DNA of 64,000 bases, from assembly GCA_039932315.1 (NCBI GenBank), contig JBDTQG010000001.1, positions 10,232-74,231 of the forward strand, written 5' to 3'. This stretch comes from Thermoanaerobaculia bacterium (GTDB lineage Bacteria > Acidobacteriota > Thermoanaerobaculia > Multivoradales > JAGPDF01). A model generated the notes under the pieces. The model saw only the letters and a list, made by a program, of their open reading frames with translations, did not search any database and was not told the DNA's origin. Shown here piece by piece: positions 52,800 to 62,164 of this stretch. A program made the position numbers and the translations under genes. Each line of letters starts with the position of its first letter. The first letter of the stretch is position 1.

Positions 52800-53387
52800 A
52801 TGGACGGTAGCAACGGACGCATCGAAGTGATTGCCGGGGGAATGTTCTCGGGCAAGAGCGAGGAGCTCGTACGCCGCCTTCGGCGCGCCGCGATCGCGCG
52901 CCAGCGGGTGCAGGTCTTCAAACCGTCGACGGACGTGCGACACGAGCCGGGCCGTCTCGTCACGCGCGACCTGCGCGAGCTGGCGGCGATTTCGGTCGAC
53001 GGAGCGCAGGACCTCAAGGCTGCGCTGCAGTTCGGCGTCCAGGTGGTCGGCGTCGACGAGGCGCAGTTCTTCGATGAAGGGCTCGTCGATCTCGCGACCG
53101 ACCTGGCCGATGCCGGGGTGCGTGTCGTCATCGCCGGGCTCGATCAGGACTTTTCGCGCCGGCCGTTCGGGCCCATGCCGCGATTGCTCGCGATCGCGGA
53201 GCTGGTCGACAAGATGCACGCGGTCTGCGTCCGCTGCGGCGGTCCGGCGCACTACAGCCAGCGCATCGCCGGCGGCGCCGAACAGGTTCAGGTCGGGGAC
53301 ACCGACGCCTACGAGGCGCGCTGCCGGCGCTGCTATGAGGTCTTTCGCGTCTCCGAGCCCGACGCCCGCGCTCCTTCGCGCCGGTGA
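52800..53387 (+). CDS. tdk: Thymidine kinase
   Basis: The ATG at 52800 lies within the 52788..53387 ORF. It has the P-loop GGMFSGKSEEL, the motif VDEAQFF and zinc-binding Cys pairs (CVRCG...CRRC). Confidence 0.88.
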   Translation: MDGSNGRIEVIAGGMFSGKSEELVRRLRRAAIARQRVQVFKPSTDVRHEPGRLVTRDLRELAAISVDGAQDLKAALQFGVQVVGVDEAQFFDEGLVDLATDLADAGVRVVIAGLDQDFSRRPFGPMPRLLAIAELVDKMHAVCVRCGGPAHYSQRIAGGAEQVQVGDTDAYEARCRRCYEVFRVSEPDARAPSRR

Positions 53388-53448
53388 GCGCAGAATTCTC
53401 ACCTGGAAATCTCGTCGCCGCGAGCCCGGCCGCTCTAGACTGAGCGTC

Positions 53449-54027
53449 GTGGAAGTGGAGCTCGGAGAGATCACGGTCGCGCTTCGCCGGTTGCGGGGCG
53501 GTGACGACGCGGCACTCGACGAAGTCGTCGAACTGCTCTACCGGGAGTTGCGTCTCGCGGCGCATCGTCAGCGGGGAAAGCTCGGTGGCGCTGCGGGCTT
53601 CGACACCACCGCGCTGGTGAACGAGGCCTACATCCGGCTCGCCAAGGCGGAAGCGCTCAAGCTCGAAGATCGCGAGCACTTTCTCGCCGTCGCCAGCCGC
53701 GCGATGCGGCAGGTGTTGATCGACGAAATCCGCCGTCGCAGCCGGAAGCGGCGCGGCGATGCCGTCGAACCCCTGGCACTGGGAGTCGTTGGAGATCTGC
53801 CGGCCGCCATGTCATCCCCCGAGAACTGGCTCGACATCGATCGCGCGCTCTCCGAGCTCGAGCTCGAGGAGCCGCGGTGGGTGAGAGTGCTCGACTGCCG
53901 GGTCTTCGGTGGCCTGAGCGACGAGGAGACCGGCGTCGCGCTCGGCGTCTCGAGCCGCACGGTGCACCGCGACTGGGTCAAGGTGAAGGGCTGGCTGGCG
54001 CTGCGGTTGCCGGCCCTTCAACCCTAG
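53449..54027 (+). CDS. ECF-type sigma-70 family factor of the Ser/Thr-kinase-associated kind
   Basis: This is the C-terminal ~192 codons of the 52831..54027 ORF, and the GTG start is uncertain (53449 or 53455). The sequence is ITVALRRLRGGDDAALDEVVELLYRELRLAAHRQ...ALVNEAYIRL...SRTVHRDWVKVKGWLA. Confidence 0.72.
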   Translation: MEVELGEITVALRRLRGGDDAALDEVVELLYRELRLAAHRQRGKLGGAAGFDTTALVNEAYIRLAKAEALKLEDREHFLAVASRAMRQVLIDEIRRRSRKRRGDAVEPLALGVVGDLPAAMSSPENWLDIDRALSELELEEPRWVRVLDCRVFGGLSDEETGVALGVSSRTVHRDWVKVKGWLALRLPALQP

Positions 54028-57000
54028 GATCCGGGCGCTCCAGGCCGGCCAGCGCCTTCTCGACCGCCGCTGAATCGTCGGGATCGGCCTCCGATTCCGT
54101 CCGCAGGGACGACTTCAGCTCCCGCAGGCGCGCGCGCGCCTCCGCTTTCCTGCCCAGCTGTGCGAGCGCATCCGCCGCGGCGAGCGCGATGCTCACGCGC
54201 CGTGCGTCCGTCGGTGGATTCTCCGGCGCGAGGCAGCGATCTGCCGCCTCGAGACGCGGCAACGCCGTCCCGGCGTTGCCGCGATCGAGGTCGTGCATGG
54301 CGAGCAGGAGCAGGGTCTCACCCTCGAGGTTGCGGTCTGCCGGGTAGAGCGTGCGGCGGGAGCTCGCGAGGCGTGCCAGAAAAGCGTCGGTTTCGCCGGC
54401 GGCACCGTGTTCGTCGAGCAGACGGTGCATGCGGCGCGCGAGACCGCCGGAAAGCCAGCTCTCGGGGTTTTCGAAGGCACTCTTCAACGCAGCGATCGCC
54501 GCGACGGGATCGCCCGATTGATCGCGTGCCTGGGAAAGCGTCGAAAGAGCATCGACCCATTTGCCGCCGGTCGCCTGGACGGCACGCTCCGCGAGTGCCT
54601 CGGCGAGCGCCGGATCGCGAAGCTCCGGCGGATCGCAGGAAACGGCGAAATAGGCGAGGTCGTTCGTCAGCACGGGATCGAGGTCGTCCTGAGCCAGGGC
54701 ACGACGCGCCAGATTCACGATGGCCGCCGTTGCCGTTCGCGCGGCCACCGCGTCGCCCTGGCGGCGAAAGAACGACACCTGATTGCCGAGCGTCCGCAGG
54801 GTGGTCGGATTGAGCTCGCCGTAGACCGAGCGAAAAACCGTCAACGCGTGAGCGTAGAGGAGTGCCGCGCGCGGAAATTCTCCGCGCGCGGAGAGCAGGA
54901 TGGCGACGAGCTCCTCGACACGCGCTGTCGTCGGGTGGTCCGGGCCGAGACCGGACCGGGCGAGCGGGAGTAATTTCTCGCCCACTTCTTCCGCGGCCTT
55001 GAAGTCGCGCAGGTCCCAAAGCACGAAAGCCAGTGTCAGCCGGGCGTTGATGGTCGCGAGGTGGGCCGGCCCGAGGATTCGATCTCCGAGAGCGACGGAC
55101 TGTTCGGCGATCCTCTGCGCTTCACGCCGGTGGCGCAACCGGCGAAGCGCCTGCGCCCAGGTGTCGAGAGCGCGGACGAGGTCCGGATGGTCGGGTCCGA
55201 GCCGAGCGGCGGTCTCTTCGACGAGGCGCTTCGCGGCGGGTTCTGCCGCCACGTACTTCCGCTGCAGCGAGAGGTTGCCGAGCAGCAGCGACAGGACCTC
55301 CAGACGCGATCGGCCGGCGCCCTCAAGAGCGCCGAGACCCCTCTCGGCGGCACGCATTTGCGCCTCGGCGCCGGAGAAATCGCCCAGGCGCTGTCCCGCG
55401 AGACCGCGATACGCCTCCGCCAGCCAGCGGTTCTCGCTCAGGGGTGAGCTCTTTTCGAGCCGGCTCTCGAGCTCGCTGGCGAGCTGCGCGGCGGCCCGAT
55501 TTTCGCCCCGCGCGAGCAACAGCTTGAGGCGTCGCATGTCGGCGCTGCTCGCGGCATCGGGTGTGAGCGTGATCTCGTGGCTCAGCGCCTGCTCGCGCGC
55601 GATCTGTTCCTCCGCGAGATCGAACTCGCCGAGACGGAGAAAGGCTTCTCCCAGCACTCCCCGAACGTGATACTCGACTTCGGGCTGGCGGCTGAGGGCG
55701 CTCGAAATGCGGCGGCTCGCGGACGTCAGCGCTTCCGCGACCAGCGGCTTGCGGCCTTTGGCTTCCTCGGGAGTGGACGCGAGAAGGAGGTCGTCGATGA
55801 GAAACCGCTCGACGCTCTTCGCCCTGGCTTCGGAGGCACGCGCGCGATCGCGCTGGAGGAGCGCGACGAGAAAGCCGGCAGCGAGTCCGAGAAACGCCAG
55901 GCTTGCGCCGGCCAGCGCGACGCGGTGGCGCGAGGCAAATTTTCGCGCGCGATAGAGCCGGGCCCCGGCCCGGGCTTCGACGGGAAACCCGGCGAGCGAC
56001 CGGCGAACGTCCGCGGCGAGTGCCGCGACCGAGGCGTAGCGGTCTTCGGGACGCTTGCGCAACGCCCTGCCGCAGATCTCGTCCAGGTCGCGCTCGCGAT
56101 CCGTCGGTCTTCGCGTGGCCGCGAGGGAGCTGGGTCGCGGCGCTTCCTTTTCGGCGATCTCGCGCGCGATCGCAGCGACGCTCGTGGCTTCGGCGCCGAA
56201 GGGAGGGACACCGGTCAGAAGCTCGAAAAGAAGCAGACCGAGCGCGTGAACGTCCGTCGCGGTCGTCGCCGGCTGCCCTGCGAGCTGCTCGGGCGAGGCA
56301 TAGCGCGGCGTCAGAAGCCGGTCGACGCTACGGGTCAATCCGAGGTCGTCCTCCTCGATGAGTTTGGCAATTCCGAAGTCGAGGAGCTTCGCCTGGCCCT
56401 GGGTCGTCACCAGCACATTGGCCGGCTTGATGTCGCGATGAACGACGAGCCGGGCGTGGGCGAAGGCGACGGCGTCGCAGATCTGAAGGAAGATCTGCAG
56501 ACGGTCGGTGAGCGGGAGATTCCGGCTGCGGAAGTAGTCGTTCATCGGCTCGCCAACGACGTATTCGAGGGCGAAATACGGAGATCCATCGTCGGCGAGG
56601 CCGCCATCGATGAGGCGTGCGATGTTCGGGTGCTCGAGACGCGCGAGGATCTGGCGCTCCCGTTCGAGGCGTGTGGCGAGCTCGCGACCGGGGACCGAAG
56701 ACGCGAGAACCTTGACTGCCACCTCCTGTTCGAACGCACCGTCCGCGCGCTCGGCGAGATAGACCTCGCCCATGCCTCCCTTGCCGATCGAGCGCAGGAG
56801 TCGCCAAGGCCCGCAGCGCAGGGTCGCGCGCGAATCCGATCGGCCGTGTTCGATCGCAGCGGCGATTCCATGCCGCAGCTCGTGGGCGGACGAATCCTCG
56901 TCCGAGATCGCAGCAAGCGCGGCGGCTAGGAGAGCGGGATCGTCGCCCGCCGCCTGATTCAGGAAGTCCCGGCGCGCCGCCGGCGGAAGGTCGAGGGCTT

Positions 57001-57043
57001 CATCCAGCAGCTGCGAGAGTCTCGCGAAACGGGGGTTGGTCAT
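53978..57043 (-). CDS. Ser/Thr protein kinase with a TM segment and a C-terminal TPR array (STK2)
   Basis: The 1021-aa ORF has GKGGMGEVY, VHRDIKPANVLV, DFGIAK, a TM helix (LAGASLAFLGLAAGFLVALL) and a long TPR region. Its last 16 codons overlap the convergent sigma gene. Confidence 0.85.
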   Translation of the reverse strand: MTNPRFARLSQLLDEALDLPPAARRDFLNQAAGDDPALLAAALAAISDEDSSAHELRHGIAAAIEHGRSDSRATLRCGPWRLLRSIGKGGMGEVYLAERADGAFEQEVAVKVLASSVPGRELATRLERERQILARLEHPNIARLIDGGLADDGSPYFALEYVVGEPMNDYFRSRNLPLTDRLQIFLQICDAVAFAHARLVVHRDIKPANVLVTTQGQAKLLDFGIAKLIEEDDLGLTRSVDRLLTPRYASPEQLAGQPATTATDVHALGLLLFELLTGVPPFGAEATSVAAIAREIAEKEAPRPSSLAATRRPTDRERDLDEICGRALRKRPEDRYASVAALAADVRRSLAGFPVEARAGARLYRARKFASRHRVALAGASLAFLGLAAGFLVALLQRDRARASEARAKSVERFLIDDLLLASTPEEAKGRKPLVAEALTSASRRISSALSRQPEVEYHVRGVLGEAFLRLGEFDLAEEQIAREQALSHEITLTPDAASSADMRRLKLLLARGENRAAAQLASELESRLEKSSPLSENRWLAEAYRGLAGQRLGDFSGAEAQMRAAERGLGALEGAGRSRLEVLSLLLGNLSLQRKYVAAEPAAKRLVEETAARLGPDHPDLVRALDTWAQALRRLRHRREAQRIAEQSVALGDRILGPAHLATINARLTLAFVLWDLRDFKAAEEVGEKLLPLARSGLGPDHPTTARVEELVAILLSARGEFPRAALLYAHALTVFRSVYGELNPTTLRTLGNQVSFFRRQGDAVAARTATAAIVNLARRALAQDDLDPVLTNDLAYFAVSCDPPELRDPALAEALAERAVQATGGKWVDALSTLSQARDQSGDPVAAIAALKSAFENPESWLSGGLARRMHRLLDEHGAAGETDAFLARLASSRRTLYPADRNLEGETLLLLAMHDLDRGNAGTALPRLEAADRCLAPENPPTDARRVSIALAAADALAQLGRKAEARARLRELKSSLRTESEADPDDSAAVEKALAGLERPDPRVEGPATAAPASPSP

Positions 57044-58440
57044 CTCCGGTCAGCCCGCTGGCTCGAATCGCGCAGAGGCTGAGGCGTGTTCCGGAAGTGC
57101 AGGACGTAGATCGTGAGAAGGATCGGCGCCAGAGCCTGGGGCAGTGTTCCAAGGACCTGCAATCCCACCGCCTGGTCGTCGATCGCCGTAGCACCCTCGC
57201 CGAACGTGAGCGCGGCGAGGGCCAAAGCCACGGCGACGAGCTCCCAGAGCGGGCGAATCGTCGGCTCTTCGGTGCGCACCCCGCGCCCGGCGGCGCGGTA
57301 GCGCGCCCAGGCGACGGTGAGCGCCATCGATTGCAGCGGAAGCGTCAGGACCAGCGTGTGATTCCAGACGACAGGCGTCGAGACGACGCAGGCGGCGACA
57401 CTCACCGCGAGGAGTGCGAGGCGGTCGTGCACGAATCGCCGGACGACGACGGCGACGAGCGCCAGCAGCGCGACCAGAGCGAGCGGCGCGAAGCGTTCCG
57501 CCTGGGCAAGGTGGAGTAGCCGGAAGAGTGAAACCGTCCGATCGATCGACCAGACGGCAGGCCCTTGTCGCAGGAAGGCGGCGAGCTGGGGGTCGGGAAG
57601 GAGCGCGGCGGCGGCGACGACCGCGGCAACTCCGGCAGCGACCCAGTTTCTCCGCAGCCGATGCGTCGGAGATTTCTCCGTCGGGCCCCGATAGGCCGCG
57701 AGGGCCATGAACCCCGCGGGGGCAAGCGGTTTGAGGAGCAGGCTCGCCCCGAGAGCCAGGCCGCTCAGAACGGGAGCGCGCGGCCATGCGAGGAGCGCGG
57801 CGACGAGCAGCCCGCCGGCGGCGAAGGTGATGTTGCCGAATTCGATGCCTTGTCGAACACCGGGCGCGAGGAGGACGAACAGCAGCGCGAGGCCGAGCCT
57901 TCTCCCGTAGGAACCGGGGAGCCACGCGGCCGAGGACCAGACGAGCGCGACGAGTCCGCAGACGATGAGGCAGCGCATCGGGAGAAAGGGCAGGCCCGGC
58001 GACAGCCGCTGGAGAGCGGCGCCGATGCGGAGAGTCGAGGGAGGGTAGACGAAAATGTGGCCGACGTAGGGCGAGCGCCCCTCCGCGGCGAGCCGGATCG
58101 CGCTGGCGTGGGGCAGCTCGTCTCCGTACGGCCCGGGATTGAGCAGAGACGGCGCGAATCGCCAACCGATGGCGACGACAAGAAGCAGCACGCCGAAGAG
58201 GTGGCGTCCGGGCAGGAGATTTCGCCAGGCGTCAGCCGCAAGGTCGAGCGCCGGAGTCGGCGCCGGCACGGCCCCCGCGCCGGTCTCGACGGTCAGCGAC
58301 GGCGCCGGAACGCGCCGGAGGCCGGCACGAACCGCTCGAAGAGTTGCATCCATTGAGGTTATCAAAGGTGCCTCGACGGTCGCCCCGGCGGAGCGTGGTT
58401 CGGGGAGTGCAGGATCCGACAGGAGCGACGCCACGTTCAC
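57040..58440 (-). CDS. Polytopic membrane protein, DUF2029 / GT87-like glycosyltransferase candidate
   Basis: The 466-aa ORF has many TM helices and the motif HIFVYPPSTL. Its stop overlaps the STK2 start (ATGA). The start is uncertain (an alternative ATG lies at 58353). Confidence 0.58.
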   Translation of the reverse strand: MNVASLLSDPALPEPRSAGATVEAPLITSMDATLRAVRAGLRRVPAPSLTVETGAGAVPAPTPALDLAADAWRNLLPGRHLFGVLLLVVAIGWRFAPSLLNPGPYGDELPHASAIRLAAEGRSPYVGHIFVYPPSTLRIGAALQRLSPGLPFLPMRCLIVCGLVALVWSSAAWLPGSYGRRLGLALLFVLLAPGVRQGIEFGNITFAAGGLLVAALLAWPRAPVLSGLALGASLLLKPLAPAGFMALAAYRGPTEKSPTHRLRRNWVAAGVAAVVAAAALLPDPQLAAFLRQGPAVWSIDRTVSLFRLLHLAQAERFAPLALVALLALVAVVVRRFVHDRLALLAVSVAACVVSTPVVWNHTLVLTLPLQSMALTVAWARYRAAGRGVRTEEPTIRPLWELVAVALALAALTFGEGATAIDDQAVGLQVLGTLPQALAPILLTIYVLHFRNTPQPLRDSSQRADRR

Positions 58441-58455
58441 GATACGATTCCAGCG

Positions 58456-60936
58456 ATGTCTACGCTCTCTCGAAAGTCCTCACCATCGAAGTCCCGCCTG
58501 CTGGTCGGGGTCCTGTTCGCAGGAGCTTTCGGGATCCTGCCGGACACGGGTCGCGCGGAAGTGGTGATCCTCGTTCCGCAGAACCAGGCGACGCTCACGG
58601 CGGCGGTCTCGGCGGTTCCCAACGGCGGGACGATCGAGCTCGCGGCCGGAACCTATGCCTCGCCGTCGCAGGGGTTTGCCCTTTCGGATCTCGGAAAGGC
58701 CTTCACCGTGCGCGCTGCCTCGGGAGCGGAGGTCTATCTCGACGGTGGAAATGCGCGTCCTGTGCTGCGGATCGAGAATTCGAGCCTCGGCGCCGGACGG
58801 CCGATCGTTTTCGAACGGATTCACTTCCGCAACGGCTCCTCTTCGTTCGCAACGATCGCCGGCGGAGTCACGATTCGGCGGGGCGAAGCGACGTTCGTCG
58901 ACTGCACCTTCGACAACAATCAACGCCTCGAAACTTCGCTGCCAGAACTGGCGGGCGGCGGCGTGGGCGTTTCGATCGACGCGCGCGCCTTCTTCCTGCG
59001 ATCGACGTTCAGCAACAACCGCGCGAAGAACAACGGGGGCGCTCTCTCGATATCGAGTACCGCCGTCGTCCACCTCCACGAGTGCGAGTTCTACGACAAT
59101 CTGACGAACGTCCCCGGTCACCGGAACACGGCTTCCGGCGGCGCCATCAGCGTCGTCAACTCCAAGCTTTTCGTCACCAACAGCCGCTTCGAAGGCAACC
59201 GGTCCGGCTACGTCGGAGGCGCCATCATGGCGCTCGGCAGCTGGGCTGATCCGGTTTCGGTGCCTTCGACCGAGGTCGTCATCGCGAACTCCACCTTCGT
59301 CGACAATCGCTCGTTGGCGAACGGCGTCACGCTTCCAGGACCGACTGAAGCCGGAGCGGTGCACGCCGAAGATCAAACGACGATGCGGATCTTCAATTCC
59401 CGCTTTCTCTACAACATCGCGCAGTCGGGGGGGGCGGTCAACACCTATCGCGGCATCATGGAAGTGAATGATTCGGTGTTCCTCGGCAATCAGGCAGATG
59501 GTGCGACCGCCGGAGGATTCGGCGGTGCGTTCAACGTCATTTCGAACGACACCTCGAGCGCCGATCCGAATCGCCGGTCGGGTTCGCTGACCATTCGCCG
59601 CTCCTATGTGCGCGGAGCCTCGCCTCCCGGCGTTCTCACTGTCGCCAAGTCCGGTGGATGCATCTCGGCGGCCGGCGACTTCAATCGCCGCACGGGGGCG
59701 GTGACGCCGGTCGGCTCCGCGGCATCGACCCGCGCGACGCTGGTCGTCGCGGACACGTTGTTCAACGACTGCGATGTGACCTCGTCGACCGGGGGAGCGG
59801 GAGGTGCATTCGACACCTACCTCACGACCGCCACCTTCTCCGACTCGATGGTCCTGTCTTCCGACGCAACCGGGGCAGGCTCGTCCGGGGGCGGAGGACG
59901 GCTGACCCTCGAGACGGTGGGCACAGTCTCCAATTCCACCTTCGCCAAGAACTCGGCTGCGGCCTACGGTGGCGCGCTCTATCTTCAAGGAGCCGGTGTC
60001 GATGTCACCGGCTCTCGCTTCGTGGTGAACGAGATCAGTCCGGGAACCTCCGAAACGGTGAGTCAGTCCTTCGGCGCTGCGATTCTCGCGGGTGGGCTCG
60101 ACAACTGGCCGAACTCCGGCATCCACCAGGACATGACCGGACTCGTGTCGTCCACGGTCTTCAGCGAAAACGTCGGGGTGCCGGTCTATGACGCCGATCT
60201 CAACTCGGCCGGAGGTTGGATCAACGACGAGCGTTACGACAGCAACACTTTCTTCAACTCGACCTTCGGGACAACCGTCTACAGCGATTCGCTGGCCTGC
60301 TGCAAGACGGCGACCGAATTGAATGCACTGGTCGTGACGCGAAGCCAGGGAAATACCGACAAGTCGCAGGCGAACAACAGCCAGCCGGGCTCGGCTCCGG
60401 TCGTCAAGGATCTGCTGGCGGCGCCGCCAGCGATTCTGCAGGAGGTCGCTGCCGGCGACAGCGCGAACGTCACGGAATCATTCGTCGGCTATGCCTGGAG
60501 CGGCGGCTCGGCGACGCTCGACGGAAATGTCGTCAACGGCAACAGTGGAGCGCAATCGGTCGTCTCGGGGTCGCACACGCTCTCCGTTGCCGGCCAGGAT
60601 CTTTCGGTGCAGGTCGACCTGGGGCCGACGCCCGCCGCGACGCTTGGCGCGACTCCGGCATCCGTCATCACCGGGGGCAATCTGAATCTCGCATGGCAGT
60701 CCACCTCCGGCGACTTTCTCGACAGCGCAATGGATCAGGGTCTCGGTCTCTCCCTCGGGTCGTCCGGCAACGTCAACACGCTGCCGCCCGCGACGACGAC
60801 GTATCGCTACTTTCTGGTGACGGAACAGGGCGGGAGTGTGCAGACGGTGACGGTGATCGTCGACCCCCATACGCTCGTCTTTTTCGACGGGTTCGAGACG
60901 CAGGATTTCTCGAAATGGTCCGACACCGCTCCCTGA
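58456..60936 (+). CDS. Secreted beta-helix protein with Pmp-type GGA[ILVF]/FxxN repeats and a DGFE-W tail
   Basis: The 826-aa ORF has a signal peptide and repeated motifs GGALSISS...FYDN, GGAISVVNSKLFVTNSRFEGN, GGAVNTY...FLGN and GGALYLQGAGVDVTGSRFVVN. The C-terminus is LVFFDGFETQDFSKWSDTAP. Confidence 0.8.
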   Translation: MSTLSRKSSPSKSRLLVGVLFAGAFGILPDTGRAEVVILVPQNQATLTAAVSAVPNGGTIELAAGTYASPSQGFALSDLGKAFTVRAASGAEVYLDGGNARPVLRIENSSLGAGRPIVFERIHFRNGSSSFATIAGGVTIRRGEATFVDCTFDNNQRLETSLPELAGGGVGVSIDARAFFLRSTFSNNRAKNNGGALSISSTAVVHLHECEFYDNLTNVPGHRNTASGGAISVVNSKLFVTNSRFEGNRSGYVGGAIMALGSWADPVSVPSTEVVIANSTFVDNRSLANGVTLPGPTEAGAVHAEDQTTMRIFNSRFLYNIAQSGGAVNTYRGIMEVNDSVFLGNQADGATAGGFGGAFNVISNDTSSADPNRRSGSLTIRRSYVRGASPPGVLTVAKSGGCISAAGDFNRRTGAVTPVGSAASTRATLVVADTLFNDCDVTSSTGGAGGAFDTYLTTATFSDSMVLSSDATGAGSSGGGGRLTLETVGTVSNSTFAKNSAAAYGGALYLQGAGVDVTGSRFVVNEISPGTSETVSQSFGAAILAGGLDNWPNSGIHQDMTGLVSSTVFSENVGVPVYDADLNSAGGWINDERYDSNTFFNSTFGTTVYSDSLACCKTATELNALVVTRSQGNTDKSQANNSQPGSAPVVKDLLAAPPAILQEVAAGDSANVTESFVGYAWSGGSATLDGNVVNGNSGAQSVVSGSHTLSVAGQDLSVQVDLGPTPAATLGATPASVITGGNLNLAWQSTSGDFLDSAMDQGLGLSLGSSGNVNTLPPATTTYRYFLVTEQGGSVQTVTVIVDPHTLVFFDGFETQDFSKWSDTAP

Positions 60937-61023
60937 TTCGGATCCGCGCGAGCTCGCGTTCCCGTCGCAGCGTGGCTAAGCTCTCCTCTCGGGTGAGCCT
61001 TCGAACAGGGGAGAGTGCAGGGA

Positions 61024-62151
61024 ATGGAAGAACTTCTGGGCAGTGTCGAAACTTTCAACGGTGAAACACTCGCCGGATGGGCCCGCAGCGCCGCAGGCGC
61101 CGGCCGCCCTGTCGGAGTCGACATCTATGTCGACGGGCGACTGACCGCTTCCGTTCCGGCGAACGAGGCCAGCGGGGCCGACTCGACGAGCGGCGATTCC
61201 AGTTCCACGACGCCTGTCGCGGGCGCCTTCCGTTTCACCTTCTCGCCGCCGCTCAGCGATCCGGGGCAGCCGCTCGACATCTCGCGCTGCCCCCGTCTGC
61301 GGGTTCACTGGGAAGGGACCGATCGGCCGGTGCCGGTCGTGCGCGACCTCCGGGGCGCGATCAACGTCGACGATTTCGGGGTCGGGGAGTCGCTGCTCCT
61401 CTTCACCGACTTCGGCTTCCTCCCCGTCCCGGAGCCGAAACTCCGAGCGCATGTCGCTGGAGAGGGTGTCACGCCGGCCTCATATCGCGCTGTCGGGCTG
61501 TATGTCGTGCTCGACCTGATGCACCTCGGACTGCTGTGGCCGAATTCGCGCGTCGTCGATCTCGGTTGCGGCTGCGGTCGCGTCGCCGCGCATCTCGCGC
61601 AGGTCGTCAACGCGAAGGGGCGCTACTGGGGCTTCGATACCTGGACGGCAGGAATCGATTGGGCCACGCGCCACATCACATCGGCCTTTCCGAACGCGAC
61701 TTTTCACACCGTCGGCGAGACCAAACGCGGGAAAGATCCTGGGTATGTCGGCGACCAGGCGTACCGCCTGCCGCTCGACGCCGGCGCCTGCGATGTCGTG
61801 CTCTGCGCTTCGTTGTTCACGCACCTGACGTTCGATGCCGCGCTCAGCTATCTGCGCGAGATCCGCCGGGTCCTGGCCCGCGGCGGCCGCGCCTATGTCA
61901 GCTGCTTCGTCTTCGACGCGGAAGCGGAAGGGTTGCTCGCCGAAAGGAAGATGACCCGCGACGAGCGCGGCGCGTACTTTCAGCAATCCGGGTTCTTCGA
62001 CAGCTACTTCCCGATGTCGACCTTCAACGACCTCTTCGCGCAGGCGGAGCTAGCGCCCGTCATCTTCCGCAAGGGCCACTGGCGCGGTGAGAAGTACTCC
62101 GTCCGCCGGCCCATCGGCTACCAGGACCTTTTCGTCCTGCGCGCCCCATAG
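61024..62151 (+). CDS. Class I SAM-dependent methyltransferase with an N-terminal extra domain
   Basis: The ATG at 61024 lies within the 61015..62151 ORF and is preceded by GGGGAGAG. The SAM motif VVDLGCGCGR is present. The N-terminal ~120 aa contain GETLAGWA...VDIYVDG. Confidence 0.72.
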   Translation: MEELLGSVETFNGETLAGWARSAAGAGRPVGVDIYVDGRLTASVPANEASGADSTSGDSSSTTPVAGAFRFTFSPPLSDPGQPLDISRCPRLRVHWEGTDRPVPVVRDLRGAINVDDFGVGESLLLFTDFGFLPVPEPKLRAHVAGEGVTPASYRAVGLYVVLDLMHLGLLWPNSRVVDLGCGCGRVAAHLAQVVNAKGRYWGFDTWTAGIDWATRHITSAFPNATFHTVGETKRGKDPGYVGDQAYRLPLDAGACDVVLCASLFTHLTFDAALSYLREIRRVLARGGRAYVSCFVFDAEAEGLLAERKMTRDERGAYFQQSGFFDSYFPMSTFNDLFAQAELAPVIFRKGHWRGEKYSVRRPIGYQDLFVLRAP

Positions 62152-62164
62152 GGCGGCGGCGATG

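Noticed and set aside
60947-60958. A perfect 12-bp palindrome (cgcgagctcgcg) downstream of the Pmp-like gene, considered as an operator or terminator
   Set aside because: It has no loop and no T-run. Short GC palindromes of this kind are expected by chance in GC-rich DNA, and there is no second copy nearby.
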